Shown here: piece after piece, positions 33,503 to 34,701 of the stretch
How the letters are laid out: the number at the start of each line of letters is the position of its first letter
Position numbering within the stretch: position 1 is the first letter of the stretch
NCBI GenBank assembly: GCA_029262955.1
Contig: JAJCYL010000173.1
Span: 1-34,701 of the forward strand
Direction: 5' to 3'
Origin: Cytophagales bacterium
GTDB lineage: Bacteria; Bacteroidota; Bacteroidia; Cytophagales; Cyclobacteriaceae
Length of the DNA stretch: 34,701 nucleotides
Position numbers and translations under genes: made by a program
The notes under the pieces: model-generated
Seen by the model: only the letters and a program-made list of their open reading frames with translations
Databases searched by the model: none
What the model was told of the DNA's origin: nothing

Positions 33503-34701
33503 ATGGGAAGACACATAATAAAGTCTGTCTTTATTCTATTTTTAGTCTTCGGATACTCCCAGGTATTGTCTGGACAGGCATACATTAACAATGTGAGACC
33601 TGACTGGTCTCCTGATGGGGATAGAATTCTTTTCTCTTCAAATAGAACTGGTAATTACGAGATATTTGTAATGAATTCAAATGGTGAAAATTTAACTCAA
33701 CTTACGAATAATGGAGCTAAAAATCTAAGTCCAGTTTGGTCAACAAATGGTGAATACATTGCATTTTCTTCCGATATGAAAGGGGCTAATGATATTTACG
33801 CAATGAAATCTGACGGATCGGAAGTAAGGCAGCTCACAAAAATTGGATCCGCACTAAACCCTTCTTGGTCTCCCGACAATGGGCAGTTGGTTTTTATGAG
33901 TGGCATTGAGGTGGGTGACTATACTCTCAATATTGTTAGTGTGGAGTCTTTAGAGGTAAAGCAGCTAATTAAAGTGGATGATGGGACGACACCATCTTGG
34001 TCTTCTAATGGAGGCTCCATTCTATTTGATGACTATGACACTGCGAGGCAAAATCCAGATGTTAGAAGGAAAGAATGGGGTCTGTTTTTTATTGATTCTG
34101 ACGGTCGAAACAAAAGAACTTTCTCCAAAAACGTAAGGGAAATCTATGGGAAATGGTCTCCTGACGGAAATCAAATAGCTTTTTCAAGTATGCGTGATGG
34201 TAATTATGAAGTCTACATCAGCAATAAAAACGGGGACAAACTCCGCCGAATGACTCATTCTTCTGGAAGAGATTATTGGATGACCTGGTCTCCTGATATG
34301 ACTCAATTTGCTTTTTCATCCAATCGAAATGGCAATTTTGATATTTACGCTATGGGTGAGGATGGCTCGAATTTAAAACGACTTACGAGACAACCCGAAG
34401 GAGAATTAATAACGAGGATAAAAGAAGAAGGACTACAAGAAACCTCCAATTTTTATAAGAAAACAGTAGCACAAAGTCCGGATACTGTGCTTTTTGATTC
34501 TAGAAATATTTACGATTTCGCATATGCTTTAATAAGTGATGGAGAGTTCCACTCTGCTAAATCATTGTTCAATTTTTTGGCCGAAATTTCGGATGATTTA
34601 AGTGGTTCTGCCAGAGGATTTGCTGATTTATTTTATGCCAAAGGTGACAAAGAAAAAGCAATTGAACAGTATAAAAAATATCTTCAGCTAAAACCACAGG
34701 C
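33503..34701 (+). CDS. Exported PD40 beta-propeller repeat protein with a C-terminal TPR region; the 3' end runs off the window
   Basis: Not in the ORF track because no stop codon is reached. ATG 33503 gives MGRHIIKSVFILFLVFGYSQVLSGQA (signal). Six or more PD40 repeats follow, including PDWSPDGDRILFSSNRTGNYEIFVM, PVWSTNGEYIAFSSDMKGANDIYAM, GKWSPDGNQIAFSSMRDGNYEVYIS and MTWSPDMTQFAFSSNRNGNFDIYAM. The end is TPR-like (GDKEKAIEQYKKYLQLKPQ). Confidence 0.75.
   Translation, partial: MGRHIIKSVFILFLVFGYSQVLSGQAYINNVRPDWSPDGDRILFSSNRTGNYEIFVMNSNGENLTQLTNNGAKNLSPVWSTNGEYIAFSSDMKGANDIYAMKSDGSEVRQLTKIGSALNPSWSPDNGQLVFMSGIEVGDYTLNIVSVESLEVKQLIKVDDGTTPSWSSNGGSILFDDYDTARQNPDVRRKEWGLFFIDSDGRNKRTFSKNVREIYGKWSPDGNQIAFSSMRDGNYEVYISNKNGDKLRRMTHSSGRDYWMTWSPDMTQFAFSSNRNGNFDIYAMGEDGSNLKRLTRQPEGELITRIKEEGLQETSNFYKKTVAQSPDTVLFDSRNIYDFAYALISDGEFHSAKSLFNFLAEISDDLSGSARGFADLFYAKGDKEKAIEQYKKYLQLKPQ

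Noticed and set aside
1-34701. Search for CRISPR arrays, long tandem or direct repeats, IS ends, integrase or transposase genes, tRNA, rRNA and tmRNA
   Set aside because: By eye I saw no regularly spaced repeats, no recombinase-like ORF and no structured RNA gene hallmarks. The only repeats seen are short operator-like words. A computational repeat or covariance scan could still find elements I missed.

Overview
This 34.7 kb window looks like ordinary chromosome from a moderate-GC, AT-leaning organism. Most genes lack a Shine-Dalgarno sequence, and there are many lipoprotein, outer-membrane and PD40/TPR exported proteins. That fits a Bacteroidota-like lineage (Bacteroidota, Balneolota or Rhodothermota), but the lineage call is inference only. 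I found no rRNA, tRNA, CRISPR array, intact IS element or prophage. Coding content, left to right: a Tat-signal Mn/Fe superoxide dismutase; a seven-gene TetR-TolC-HlyD-ABC-ABC-permease-permease efflux operon resembling E. coli cecR-ybhGFSR; a cytoplasmic PAS-PAS histidine kinase with no partner response regulator; a CPA-type cation/proton antiporter; Hsp20; DUF302; a PfkB-family sugar kinase; a HAD-IIB phosphatase fused to a HerA/DUF87-like P-loop ATPase; a minus-strand sulfur-trafficking cluster (SQR-like flavoprotein, TusE/DsrC-like, DsrE-like) followed by a FadL-family outer-membrane channel; a charged helical protein plus a two-domain ArsA with no other ars genes; an MscS-family channel; glycogen phosphorylase; a DUF21/CNNM membrane protein; and an island of exported proteins (lipocalin-sized protein, two PD40 beta-propeller proteins, a DJ-1/PfpI-TPR fusion). 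The long intergenic spacers hold three recognisable gene relics: an SDR collapsed to 26 codons, a sigma-70 N-terminal stub, and a decayed DUF6088/AbiEii toxin-antitoxin pair. The best candidates for undescribed biology are the sulfur-relay/FadL cluster, the HAD::ATPase fusion, the stand-alone ArsA and the exported DJ-1-TPR/PD40 island. None can be confirmed without database searches. All family assignments rest on motifs I read in the translations.
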